DNA of 62,673 nucleotides, counting the filler, from Rhabdomonas costata (taxonomy: Eukaryota): NCBI GenBank assembly GCA_019059605.1. It is 30 parts of 30 records of this genome, joined end to end, with 100 filler letters (N's around TTAATTAATTAA, not from the genome) between each part and the next. Parts side by side here need not be neighbours in the genome. Positions count along the whole stretch, not along the records: positions 50,228 to 52,218 come from JAHMHO010006653.1; positions 52,319 to 54,309 come from JAHMHO010006654.1; positions 54,410 to 56,400 come from JAHMHO010006655.1; positions 56,501 to 58,490 come from JAHMHO010006656.1; positions 58,591 to 60,582 come from JAHMHO010006657.1; positions 60,683 to 62,673 come from JAHMHO010006658.1; 24 more parts are not named here. One strand, written 5' to 3'. Below, piece after piece: positions 50,228 through 61,327 of the stretch. The position numbers and the translations under genes are program-made. The notes under the pieces are model-generated. The model was not told the DNA's origin, did not search any database, and was given only the letters and a program-made list of their open reading frames with translations. Position 1 is the stretch's first letter; every line of letters begins with the position of its first letter.

Positions 50228-51411
50228 GGGGTTGTGGGCGGCCGCACTGCGGGCCAGGTCTGTCTGCCCTCTGTGTTGAGTTGCGAATATGTTTGCGGCT
50301 GTGAAGGCCTTCTGTTGTGAAAACAGTGAAGTGGCAATTGCGTTAGTTCCAGCGATGTGTTTTTATCCGCATTCCTCGAAGCAGGGCGCGGAGGTGCTTT
50401 AAGTGCTTATAACTTGTTGGGTCCTCGCCTAATGCAGGTTTACTTTGAGGCCGAGTTTGGCCGTTTTGTGGCAGTGCATGTCGCCACGGACGATGGCTCC
50501 CGGGGGTTCAAGGGTTTTGTCACCGAGCTAATGAGCCAGACCCTGCGAGGGATGCTCGACTCCGACGCCTCGATGAGGTGCGGGCAGTGTGGGGCCCGGT
50601 TTTCATTCTTCCCTGCACTTTCCTTGGGTCCCCTTTTGGGGGGATAGAGGCAGGTGGGATTTTTGTGCAGACGTTGTGGGCGCCGTCAAAAAACCCTGCT
50701 CAGGGGAAAGAAGTGGCACAGCATTGAAGGAAAATTAAGGAAAGCGGCCAAGGGGCACGGGTGGGTACAGGCCTGAGGGTGCAAGAACCGGCCACGCAGC
50801 GATTAGGGAGCCGCTATACACAGAAAAGACTCCCGGGCCTGCTTCGACTTTGACTTCATACGCAGTGACAATAATTCGTTGCACTTTCCCGTCCCGTTTC
50901 GTCGAATCGATCTACTTCCACCCCACCCGAAAAACCTAGGAACGGCTTGTACAAGCGGAAAAATTAGCGGAGAAAAGGAAGTGTAACGAAAAAAGGTATC
51001 ACGGCGTTCCAACCTCTCTATTACATCCCTTATTCCCAAGTGTGCGACGATTTCCTGACCATGCGCGCGAAATGCTTTGAGCTTTGACGACGCTGTTGGC
51101 TTTGGTGCTTTCTTTTGGTGTCCCTCCAGTTTGTTCTGTCGCTCCCGTCCCTGCAGGTTCTGCTTCTACAACTGCGGCCCAGAGCCGATGATGTACCGTG
51201 CCTATCAGCTCCAACGCGCGCTCCCGTTTGCCGCCCTGCAGTGCTCTCTGAGCGCTACATGAAGTGCGGGGTGGGGATCTGCGGGTTGTGCACCTGCGAC
51301 GGGGCCCGGATGTGCGTGGACGGGCCTGTAGTGGGCGCGGAGTTCCTGGCGCAGTCGAAGCACTTTGGGAAGATGCACCGCGACAAGACCACCAAGGCGC
51401 TGTCGTGGTAG
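50228..51411 (+). CDS. pyrK: Dihydroorotate dehydrogenase B electron-transfer subunit-like (PyrK/FNR family, [2Fe-2S]) protein, C-terminal part, with a 1-nt frameshift
   Basis: Exons 50228-50257, 50438-50577 and 51157-51411: VVGGRTAGQVYFEAEF, ATDDGSRGFKGFVT, YNCGPEPMM, CSL/ERYMKCGVGICGLCTCDGARMCVDGPV. One base is missing near 51250. Confidence 0.85.
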
Positions 51412-52844
51412 TCACACGGAATTATCCACGTGGGCGGACATTCTGATGGGTGCCCCGGCCCTGCCTAACGTTGTTACCTGCTCTGATTGACGTGCTGGTA
51501 GTTGACCTTTGGTTGGGTTTTCAGGGGCATGCTGGTCGGTTAGGTTCGATGGTGGTGGTTCGTTGGTCCTCTTTTTCCGGAAGAAAAGCAAGCTTCCAGA
51601 CGTTTGTGCAACTCTTTGGGGTTGACAGGGCCGGCATGTCGCCATGAATGCAGTGATTACTCTGGCGTGGTCGTGGACTGGGTGTAGTAGAAAAGCCGGT
51701 GTCACTTGTCGGTTTCATGTCAGTTCACGGCTCTTCGGCAACTGCTGTACTATTTACTTCGTCACTTCATCAGAAGCACAACTGATGAATGAAGGCAATA
51801 GCTTAGTTCTTGTTTCTGTTGACTCTGCAGCTTAGTGCTGTTTCTTTTTTGACTCCCCGCGTTTTCTTGCGCTTACCAATTCCCCCCCCCCTCTCCATTT
51901 TTACACCCACCCTTTTCTCACGCATTGCTTCCTTGCTGACCATTCTTACTCACTTACCTACATACTAATTTTCCTGCTTTGCGGTTCCTTGGGCGCCTAC
52001 CACACCCAGGCCTTGTCTCAGGCCCTGTCTTTCATACTTACCCGTGCTCTTTTTTGTTTCACACTTTTTCTTCATCTTTTTGTGTTTTTTCCGTTCGAAG
52101 ATGCCACCCATCCGATCGACTCCCCCGCACTGACCCCTCCCCTCCTGTTGCTCCTCTGCTGTAATGACGGCCTCCCCGAACGCTCGGGGTCCGCCGGACC
52201 TCCGCATCCAACACCACCNNNNNNNNNNNNNNNNNNNNNNNNNNNNNNNNNNNNNNNNNNNNTTAATTAATTAANNNNNNNNNNNNNNNNNNNNNNNNNN
52301 NNNNNNNNNNNNNNNNNNTTGTGGTGTGAAATCAATTGGGAACACAAGAGAACACAAGGAAGGGAGATCATTTTTGGGCGGTTTGAATCGTGGTTTCCGA
52401 TGCCCACTTATTGTTGAATCGCATCAAGAGTCGACGCACACAAACGCAAATCCACTCCTCCACCCAATCTTCACCAAAGGTGTAACAAAGTTTTGACGAG
52501 GCTGAGAAAGATGCAAGTTGGAGAAAAATGGGCTGCACAAAAGGGCGAAAATGCAGACGAAAAAAAGTGCGATTTCAAGTGGGTCCATTTTGTCTACATG
52601 AGAAGGATGGTACTGCACGCGGCCGTCAAAATGGCGTCCGTCTCCTTCAGCGGTGGTCACTGGCACTGGACAGCCGCGGGGGACAAACCAGTTACCGGAG
52701 GAAAAAGTTATTAGGCTCAAACACTTTGGATCAAAAAAGCGCTGCAAAAAAACAAGACAAAAACTGCTTTTCAACCGAGTTTTCAGGTAAAGTTTTCGCC
52801 CGTAGTTTTTTCGAGTCCTGAACGATGACGCGGCACAGCCGTAC

Positions 52845-52955
52845 CCTTGCCAAAGGCCTCGCCCTTGACCCAGTGTCCGCATTCGAGGATGTGGCCCGAG
52901 TGCAGCACCAAGGTGCCGTAACCATGAGGGAGGTGGTTGCCGTTGTGGACGAGCC
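52845..52955 (-). CDS. MORN-repeat-like exon
   Basis: CAG/GT, symmetric phase 1: LVHNGNHLPHGYGTLVLHSGHILECGHWVKGEAFGK, with the PHG-x-G and W-x-x-G-x3-G-x pattern. Confidence 0.55.
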
Positions 52956-53842
52956 CTGAACCAGAAACAACACCACTGAAACGACTTACGGTTTGTCAAG
53001 CTGTCAGCAAAAACAATTTATACCATCGCCGAACCTGGGAACAGAAACATGTGAAAAGGTGAACGAGGAACCAAAGTAGTGACGATTATCTGCAGCAAAA
53101 GGAATACAACACAATAACGCAAGAATGCAGGAACAAGCTTTCTCTTCGCATTCGTCTTGTCTTTTCTTTTCCTCCATATTATTAGCATTCAGTAGAAGTT
53201 GAGGTCAGAAGGAATCGCTCTTTGAGCAAAATTCTGTTCGCGTATGTAAATTGGAGCGGGCGAGGTAAGTAGCAAACCTCGACACATTGAGTTGATTTAT
53301 TTAATTGGTGACAATGAAATGCGGTGGGGTACAGCATTCACACACACATAAAAAGAAAAGCATGAAAAGCACACCAGTGAACATCCCAGAAGGGTAGCGC
53401 TGGTTTTGCACCAGGCTGCAGTTCTTGTAGATCCCATATGGCCCGTAGGCATCCGAGTTCGGATCGAAGAGCTCTGAACAGAACGGAAGTCATCCATTGG
53501 ACACATTCCACAGAATTACCGTAAGGTAGCACTCAGAAGCAGAACGGCAAATCATTTCTCTTATACCGAAAGCAACCACGGCACTTCGAACCATCCAGCG
53601 CACAGACTGCCCCCTGCCGTATGGTCCAATTGGCCCGAATCTTGGGCGTAATACTTCATTTGTACAACCGGAGCCCAGAGAGCTGAGCACAGAGGTTCTG
53701 CAATCACAGGTCCGGTCTTGTGTTGGCGATCAGCGACCGTCAATTGTCGGCGATTATTCACTGCACGGAACAAAGGAGAGTGCAGGCTGCACCTTCTTTC
53801 GTGGGGCGTAGCCAGCCGGGCGGCAAGTCCTCGGACGGCCCT

Positions 53843-53908
53843 GGAAGGGGCTCTGTGGGTGAGGCTTCGCTGGGAAGCGGCTCTGTGGGCGAGGCTTCGC
53901 TGGAAGCG
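53843..53908. repeat. 30-bp tandem duplication
   Basis: GGAAG(G/C)GGCTCTGTGGG(T/C)GAGGCTTCGCTG occurs twice, plus a partial third copy. Confidence 0.8.
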
Positions 53909-54025
53909 CAGTGATCGCCAACGAAGGTGGTGATCGAGCACGGCCGGCCACCTTCCGTAGGGGCACCCTGCCATGGCTCAAGGCCGTCTGGCCCCAACCA
54001 AGAAGACAATGCTCGATGGCACAGG

Positions 54026-54092
54026 CTGACACTGACAATGACACTGACACTGACACTGACACTGACACTGACACTGACACTGACACTGACAC
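54026..54092. repeat. (CTGACA)n hexanucleotide microsatellite
   Basis: About 11 units with one variant. Confidence 0.92.
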
Positions 54093-55119
54093 CCCCCCTC
54101 CAATTATCGACGCATTTATTTCGAGTGTTCGGTTTTCTTTCAGAGAAGCACGTGGGAGCCTCTGCTCCCCCGCTGTTCGCGATGCATTCTGAAGGGGACT
54201 GTTTTGGGGTGAAGTTCCGAAGCAACTCCGCCCTGCTCGCCGCAGGTTCCAAGAACGGGGCGCATATTTTTTTTGTTGAATGCGCAGTCCCACCAACCCC
54301 ACCAAACACNNNNNNNNNNNNNNNNNNNNNNNNNNNNNNNNNNNNNNNNNNNNTTAATTAATTAANNNNNNNNNNNNNNNNNNNNNNNNNNNNNNNNNNN
54401 NNNNNNNNNGGTTTGTTGTCCAAAGACACCGAGTCCTTGGACACAAAGGGCAAACAATGCAAATGCCGACGCCCAAGCAGAACGCAATTACAGGCACTTC
54501 AGATGGTTCACAGGTAGCAAATTGCAGCAGCGGTTTCCACTCGTAAAGCTGCGAGGGGTGGGGGCCGACAGGAGGTGGATGAACACGTGTGGGGCATACG
54601 GCAGGCCAGAGATCCCGCTTGGCATTCATCGCGATGTCCCCCAGAGCATGGATGCGCTTTTCGCAGTGGGCTCTCGCCGTACAGGCCTCTTGGAGCTGAA
54701 GGAAACGAACCCAGCCCACGGCCAATGTCCCAAATGCAGAAGGGAAAAACTTGCGCGTTCGTTGAGTGAATGCTGAGAGGTCGGGAACCTGGGAAATTGT
54801 GCTCCCAGGAAGATGGAGGCGGAGGGCGTGAGAATAAAGGATAGAACATGAGAAGACATAAGTGGTGACGACACCCATCTCCCGGGGTTTCGTCTTTACT
54901 TAAATTTACAGGAAATCTTCCACATTCCGCTGGGCAAACAGCGACAGACTACAGTACTGCAGTACTGCACCCTATAGGGGGAAACGGTATAGCCTCAGGC
55001 TGGCGTGTTTAGGACTGCTAAATCTCCATCATTATCGGTGATGTCACAGAAATCACAGCACACAGAGTTCAGTTCCCTCCCGCTTTCCCTCCAGATACGC
55101 AGTTTGTGTTTTCGTGTAC

Positions 55120-55819
55120 CTTCTCTTGCACGTGCAGGGGATCAGTGCTCGGGTAAAAGCACTGCCCTGAGTTCTCGTTGAAGGACAGGTGGCTGCAGGG
55201 GTTCCCAGGCCAGGGCAGGCCTGGTCGCGGATGTTCCAGAAGGCGTTGTACAGCGGGAAGCCTACCCCCCCCATACCCTCGCTCACCTAATAACGCACCC
55301 CCTCTCACACGGAAGTAGGAAAGCAGGGACGGAGGGGGTGGCGCACCAGAAGCGGTCATTAGAGGAGAGCAGGAACCACATAGAGGCTCGGAGGTATTCA
55401 GAGGTCGCAGCAGCGCTGCGCACCACCATGGGGTCGGCCAGGGAACCCACGAACTCCTGGCCCGGCCCCACGGGCAGCAGGGCAACCCCGAGCGAGACCC
55501 ATGGCGAGAGCTGAGCGGTGAGGTTGGTGGTCAGGGACGGGATAAAAGCAGCTACCACACTGTGAAGCTGCGTTGCCGTCGCCTGTAGGGAAAGGCATGT
55601 GCGGGAGAAGGTAATCGTGGAGGTGGTGGAGGAGCTCAAAAAAGAGTCCACGGCCTGCACGGCGGCGGAACTCAGGACGGGGTTACCAGAGGTGTCGCAC
55701 AGGATCCCGAAGGTCACCCCAGTGGCCTGGCACTGGGCCGGGAAAGAGCACAACAAAGGCAGCAGCAACATCAGCAGAGGCAGCGCCTGATGGGGGAACA
55801 TATGCACTGCAGGGACCAT
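55120..55819 (-). CDS. Secreted/membrane receptor-like protein, N-terminal part
   Basis: Signal-peptide-like LPLLMLLLPLLCSFPAQCQA, then VTFGILC and an alternating beta/alpha pattern suggestive of a periplasmic-binding-protein-type ectodomain. A second exon follows (PLYNAFWNIRDQAC). Confidence 0.5.
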
Positions 55820-56504
55820 TTTTGGTCGAGAGGACAAGGAACAGGAGTAAAGAAAAGCAGGGGGGGGGAGACGCGGTTAAAAGAAAAAAGCAGCAACCAA
55901 GATGCACGCAGCCGGTGGGCCGGAAGGAGGAAAGCAAGGAACTATAAGAGCGTCAGAGAAGAAAGCTCATCCAAAGCTTGTCTTTCAACATATATGACCC
56001 GCCTCGCGTTAAAAGTGGGTTGCTCACTGGGCCAAGAAACGAGGTCGTCTTCCACCCGTTCCCCTGCTCCATGTCCGAATGGCGCGCCCGTGTCCATAGA
56101 ACATCTTTGTTTCCGGACCCACGGCCCCTCTTGTCAAGTAGTTGGCACCACCCTTCGGTAAGCGTTAGGTCCTCTTTTCCCCGTCACATTTTTGTTGCAA
56201 CAGGTCTCATTGCTCATTCTGCTCGATTTGTTCGCATCTTACCTTGGTCTCCAAACAGAAAAAACTGGTTCCACTGGACGGAGCTCTTTTGGAGCTCTTC
56301 TCCATAAAAATAGCCAAGAGCATCGCACACGAGATTGCTGTCTTTTTTTTTCGAAACGGCAAGAAACGCACGCAAAGGCAAAAGAAAGCACCCCACCACC
56401 NNNNNNNNNNNNNNNNNNNNNNNNNNNNNNNNNNNNNNNNNNNNTTAATTAATTAANNNNNNNNNNNNNNNNNNNNNNNNNNNNNNNNNNNNNNNNNNNN
56501 GTGT

Positions 56505-58262
56505 GTGGGGGACCTTCTCGCATGCCGCCAAGGCATGCTCACGGCGCGGGCCTTGGGTAGTGGGAAGGCTCCTCCGCCCCCGGTCCGCCGCACTACCCCC
56601 GCGGCAGCCCCTGCACCGCCGCCAGGGCCACCCACTTCGGCAACCACCCGTACCACGCAGCCCCCGCAGAGGTCAGTCGGCTCTTTGTATGGGCACGCAT
56701 AGTAGAAGCAGACCCACATTGTGGTGCATACATGGTATGTTGCGCTCCCTTCATGTGTCAAGGTTGCACATTTGGCAATGGCCGTTCAGGAGTACTTCAA
56801 AGGTAATAATAGCTCATCCTGTCTTGGAACCCAAAGGTTCGCTTTCTATCTTTGATGTTGGGGTGACTGCTGTGAGGTAAGCTTAGAGGTCCGCGGCGGG
56901 GGTGTCGATGGCAGGACGACGTGCACCCACGTTTGCTCGGCACTACTGAAATGTCGGTAGTCAAGGAAATTTTGTAGCTTTGAACTTCTCCGCACATGTT
57001 CGGCGGTTTACTTATTTTGCTCTTCTCCCTCAGCATCGGAGGGATTGCGCTGGCACAGCAGCTCATGGACCGTCTGAGCCCTGGCGCCCCAAAGGTGAGA
57101 GAATTGTCTGCCCCCACCGGCCGTCGCTGCACCCATTTTGAAAAGAGAGAGAAGTAAAGAGAAAGGGCGGAGCTGCTGGTGGCATTCCTTCTACACAATG
57201 GATCCCAGAATACCATTGTGAGGTGTGGGGTGGTTGGCTGCGACCCAGGGCAAATGCGAAAAACGATGGAATCACCTGGAGGCAAAGGAGTCCAGACCCG
57301 GCCCTCAACCTCCTTTACGTGGGGTTTTACAGAAAGAAAGGATAAACCAACAAATGGAGCACAGGCTAACTCCAAAAATCACTGCTGTAACACCGCCCAT
57401 CCAGACTTGTTTTTTGCTTCCCCAAAACCGCCGTAAGTCCAAATCAATTTTCGGTGTTTTTGCACCGTACGCTTCAGGGTGGCAGGGGCAATATTTGTTG
57501 TAGCGTTGATATCGTAACAGTATTTTTTATGGATCAGTGCAATAATAAATAATGATGAATCAATCATCGCACAGATCCAATTTTTGTTGATCCAGCATCT
57601 CCCATCTCTCAAGATAAAGGGGGTTTTTCTTTTTGCCGGGTCCCCTTTTTGGCCCGTTGTTTGATCCACAGTTTTCCTTCCCAAATAAACTTCGGAGTTG
57701 ATCCATTGCTACCCGACGCACTATCAATCCCTTAACAGTATGTCATTTGTTGTTTTGGTGGAATGGGCTGGCCTCAGGTTCCCCGAGAAAGCAGCGGGGC
57801 GGCAGACCCTACCCGGGCAGAGCTGCAGCAGCGGCTTCAGCACCTTGCACAGGCACGCCTCCCTCCCGCGGCCTCTCTCACACGGCACGCGCAATAAACG
57901 TGGGCAGAGGAACAGTTAGAGGGCAAAGCCACAAAGCCTGGTGTCACCGGGGACTTTTTCAACACTAAGCAGCAGCGTAGCGTGGCAGTAGGGATGCAGG
58001 CAGAGGATCGGTGGTTGGGGTCGCCGCCCTTGGACAGGAAATAATGTTCGTTCCAAAAAAGGGTGCGGCTTTTCTCCCTGCGTCCCGGAATGCCTTCCGC
58101 GTGTGCCTGTGTGCGCTGCTAGCTTTGTCTTGCATGAATTGCATGAATCTCATTGAGTGGTTGCTGGGGGGTGGTCTTCAGGCCAGCCAGGCCCTGGATG
58201 AGCAGCGTGCGCAGCTGCTCTCCCACCGCCAGAACTTGCTGGCGGATATGTCCTCTTCATCG
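56505..58262 (+). CDS. Hypothetical Pro-rich protein exons
   Basis: Candidate exons 56505-~56670, 57034-57094 and 58182-58262 with GT-AG boundaries. No recognisable domain. Confidence 0.35.
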
Positions 58263-58590
58263 GTGTGCCCGCCCACTCTCACTCTCTCCCCGCCCACGCT
58301 CACTTTCTCTCTCGTTCCCCAAAAGGCTTTGTCCTGCGGCAGCACACCAATGTTCAGCCACTACTGCGTACTCAGTAACTCTGTGCCTTTTGCGGGCGGA
58401 GTGTGGAAGGTTCGTTGAGCGTCTGACCGGCCTGTGGCTGCTGCGCGAGTATGCGTTCCATTCTGTATGGCGGATGGTGCTGCTCGCAAGNNNNNNNNNN
58501 NNNNNNNNNNNNNNNNNNNNNNNNNNNNNNNNNNTTAATTAATTAANNNNNNNNNNNNNNNNNNNNNNNNNNNNNNNNNNNNNNNNNNNN

Positions 58591-60582
58591 TCTTGTCAGT
58601 AGTCACTCTCACCACCATAAGGTTCTTCACGTGACTACTTCCTCTCTCTCAACGCTACGCTTCCTTGGGACACTCAGAGTCTGGAATACGCATTGGTAGC
58701 GGTGGTATGGCGAACCATCAGCGCATGCCTTCAACATGGGGCTTCTGTTACCCTCCACTATTTCTACCAACATCACGCTCATGATGAGTTGGCAGAGTAG
58801 GAGCAGTGACATTAGCGTATGTGCTGACATCGCCTTAGTCACTCCTTCTAACCTCTGTCACCATCACGCATGGGGTTAGATGGAAGGGTTGATGTGGTTG
58901 ATAAGGTATCGCGTCTATGCACTATGCCTATCGTACCACTGTCCATAATCATCACCATTGACACCATGACATCTGTGCGTAGAGTAGGATCGGTTTGTGT
59001 ACCTTGGGCAGTGGAAGCAGTAACTCAACCTCTACCGGTCAGCACCACACTCATCACTACCATTACCACGATGCTAACACAATGACAATGCTCGGTTTGA
59101 CGAGTGTGAGTAGAAGCAACGATGGCAGTGTGATACGCGAATGGCTGTTGCACCATCGTTGTATGCCACTCTGAATCAGCTACTACTACAGGTAACTCGT
59201 CACCTCAACACTGCGGTACGTGTATGACTCGGGCGATATGGCTTGAGTGACGTTGCATCACCGATCACCACATCACCTCAGCCACTGTGCCTATCGTGTG
59301 GGTTGAGTGGGTTGATTATCCACTATGGACGGTTTCGCAGGCCATACACAGGTCGACCTTTGGTCACCTACCCAGCACTACTACAGCATGCATGACGTGG
59401 GTTCATGTCCACCAGCAGATGTCACATCACCTTTGCCAACCTGTGGCGTGATGTTGTGACTCGCCTCTACACATTACTACAGTGTGTACCTCAGGTGTTG
59501 AGTTACGCGCTACGTTGCATAGCCTCACCGTGATACCTGCGACACCACATGCCTCATGTTGGTTAGTTCAGTCAGAAAAACGATGCCAACCCAGAAGTTT
59601 AACTTCATGGTGACCAGCCCTTACTACTCGATGCTACTGGGGACTATCTTTGATATTAATGAATGCCCATTGTATCCTTCGCTGAGGTGACACACCCTTA
59701 CGCGTAGAGATATTCCGAGGGACATCAGGCAAACCGAAGCAGAGACATCCGAAGAGTGAAGACCGAAACCCAAACCCAAATACCCCAAAACCTGAACCCA
59801 TGACACCCTCAACTCGCAGACACTAAGCACTAATAAAGCACATGCACTCAGAAACCAAACCCCTCGAATTCCGAACCCCAACCCCAGAAATCCAACCCCG
59901 AATGCCAAACCCAGAAAACGAAGAGAAATAAGAATACCAGTACAGAAGACAGAACCACAAATACCAAATACAGAAAGGCAGAACACCGAAGAAGAACCCC
60001 AAGTACCGAAGACCGAAACCACAACTCAGAAGAAGAACGCCAAATACCAAACCAAAAATACGAACCCCGAAGACGAATCCAAAACACAAAAACCAAAGTG
60101 GTGTAAAAAAATACCTTCCTGTCGTCACTCCCCACCCTAAGATGGTACGTAAATTCTATTCTACCATAGAAACCCATACCCCCTACACCCCTCATGGGCA
60201 CATATAGTCGGGTGTTTTTCGGCTACGCTTCGACAGACCCTCCGTACCTACCCTGGTCGTCACTCCCCACTATGGGGTGGTACGTTCCTCCTACCCTACC
60301 TGAGGTGCCCCTGACGTCCCTCTCTCCACACCATAAGGTGGTAAGCTCGGTCCTACCCTCTGACGCACACTCGCTCCACACCTGGTGGTGCATACTACAT
60401 GCGGTGCTCTCTATGTCGTGGTGCTCGCTACGTGACCACCACTAACACTATGTAATGGTACCCGATGCCTATCCCAAGACCCACTCAGTACATTCGTGAT
60501 TCTTGTGGTATAAAGTGAGTACTCGTAAGCCCCTTATGGGGTGGAGAGTACGAACCACCACCTTTATGGAGTATACGACCTG
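58591..60582. repeat. Member of an unclassified repeat/element family with a strand-biased internal module
   Basis: Homology to 43955-44240. Recurrent TCACTC(C)CCAC...ATAAGG motif. A/C-rich block at 59730-60116. Confidence 0.55.
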
Positions 60583-60783
60583 NNNNNNNNNNNNNNNNNN
60601 NNNNNNNNNNNNNNNNNNNNNNNNNNTTAATTAATTAANNNNNNNNNNNNNNNNNNNNNNNNNNNNNNNNNNNNNNNNNNNNTGGTTTGAAAATGGAATT
60701 TCGAACACCATCCAAGGTCGAACCATGCACCAAACCAAGGACGTATTATTTAAAAAATTAAGGTTCAACTGACGCATTAATAC

Positions 60784-61327
60784 CGTTCCACGCAAAACCC
60801 ACAAGCGTCACAGTGGGATGCTCGTGGAGGCCTCCAAATTAAACAGGTCCGGCACCACTTGTACCCCGAATTGGGGGGTGGGCGGGATTCATCAGATGGA
60901 TCCCAGCCCTCTGCCGTTGCTTCCGAAGGAGGGTAAGGCCGTGAGTGAAGGGTCGGCAGCGAGTCCTCGGGATTGCCTTTCGGTGGAACAATACCTTGAA
61001 AAGGAAGACACACAGAAAGACAAGTTCCACATATTGAAGGTGACATCCAAGTTCCATCAACCACAAGAGATGGAGAGATAGAGAGAAATGAGAGAACAGG
61101 TAATTGCAAAGACAACAGCAACACATACCAGGATCTGTGAATGAGCAGTACCATAGTGTAATTTGGGCTGAAAAGAAGCCGGAAAATGTGATGAACAGAG
61201 CCACCGAGTTCCATGGGTACTGGAAAAGTCGACAAGGCAAGAGCAAGCCCAAAACAAATTCCATGAAAATTAATGCAGAGAGCAGCGAAGGCAGCATGAG
61301 CCGTTGCCAGCGAGCAGTAACCCGCAT
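60784..61327 (-). CDS. DHHC-type palmitoyltransferase, N-terminal part
   Basis: Exons 61327-61129 (two TM helices, CSFTDP) and 60994-60784 (GIVP...KWCRTCLIWRPPRASHCDACGFCVER). The DHHC motif would lie in the next, absent exon. Confidence 0.92.

Noticed and set aside
53754-54309. ORFs with (VS)n, (TD)n or (TL)n tracts
   Set aside because: They are products of the CTGACA microsatellite in all frames.
60095-60110. Kinetoplast minicircle CSB-3 (GGGGTTGGTGTA)
   Set aside because: Only TGGTGTA matches, and no CSB-1 or CSB-2 is recognisable.
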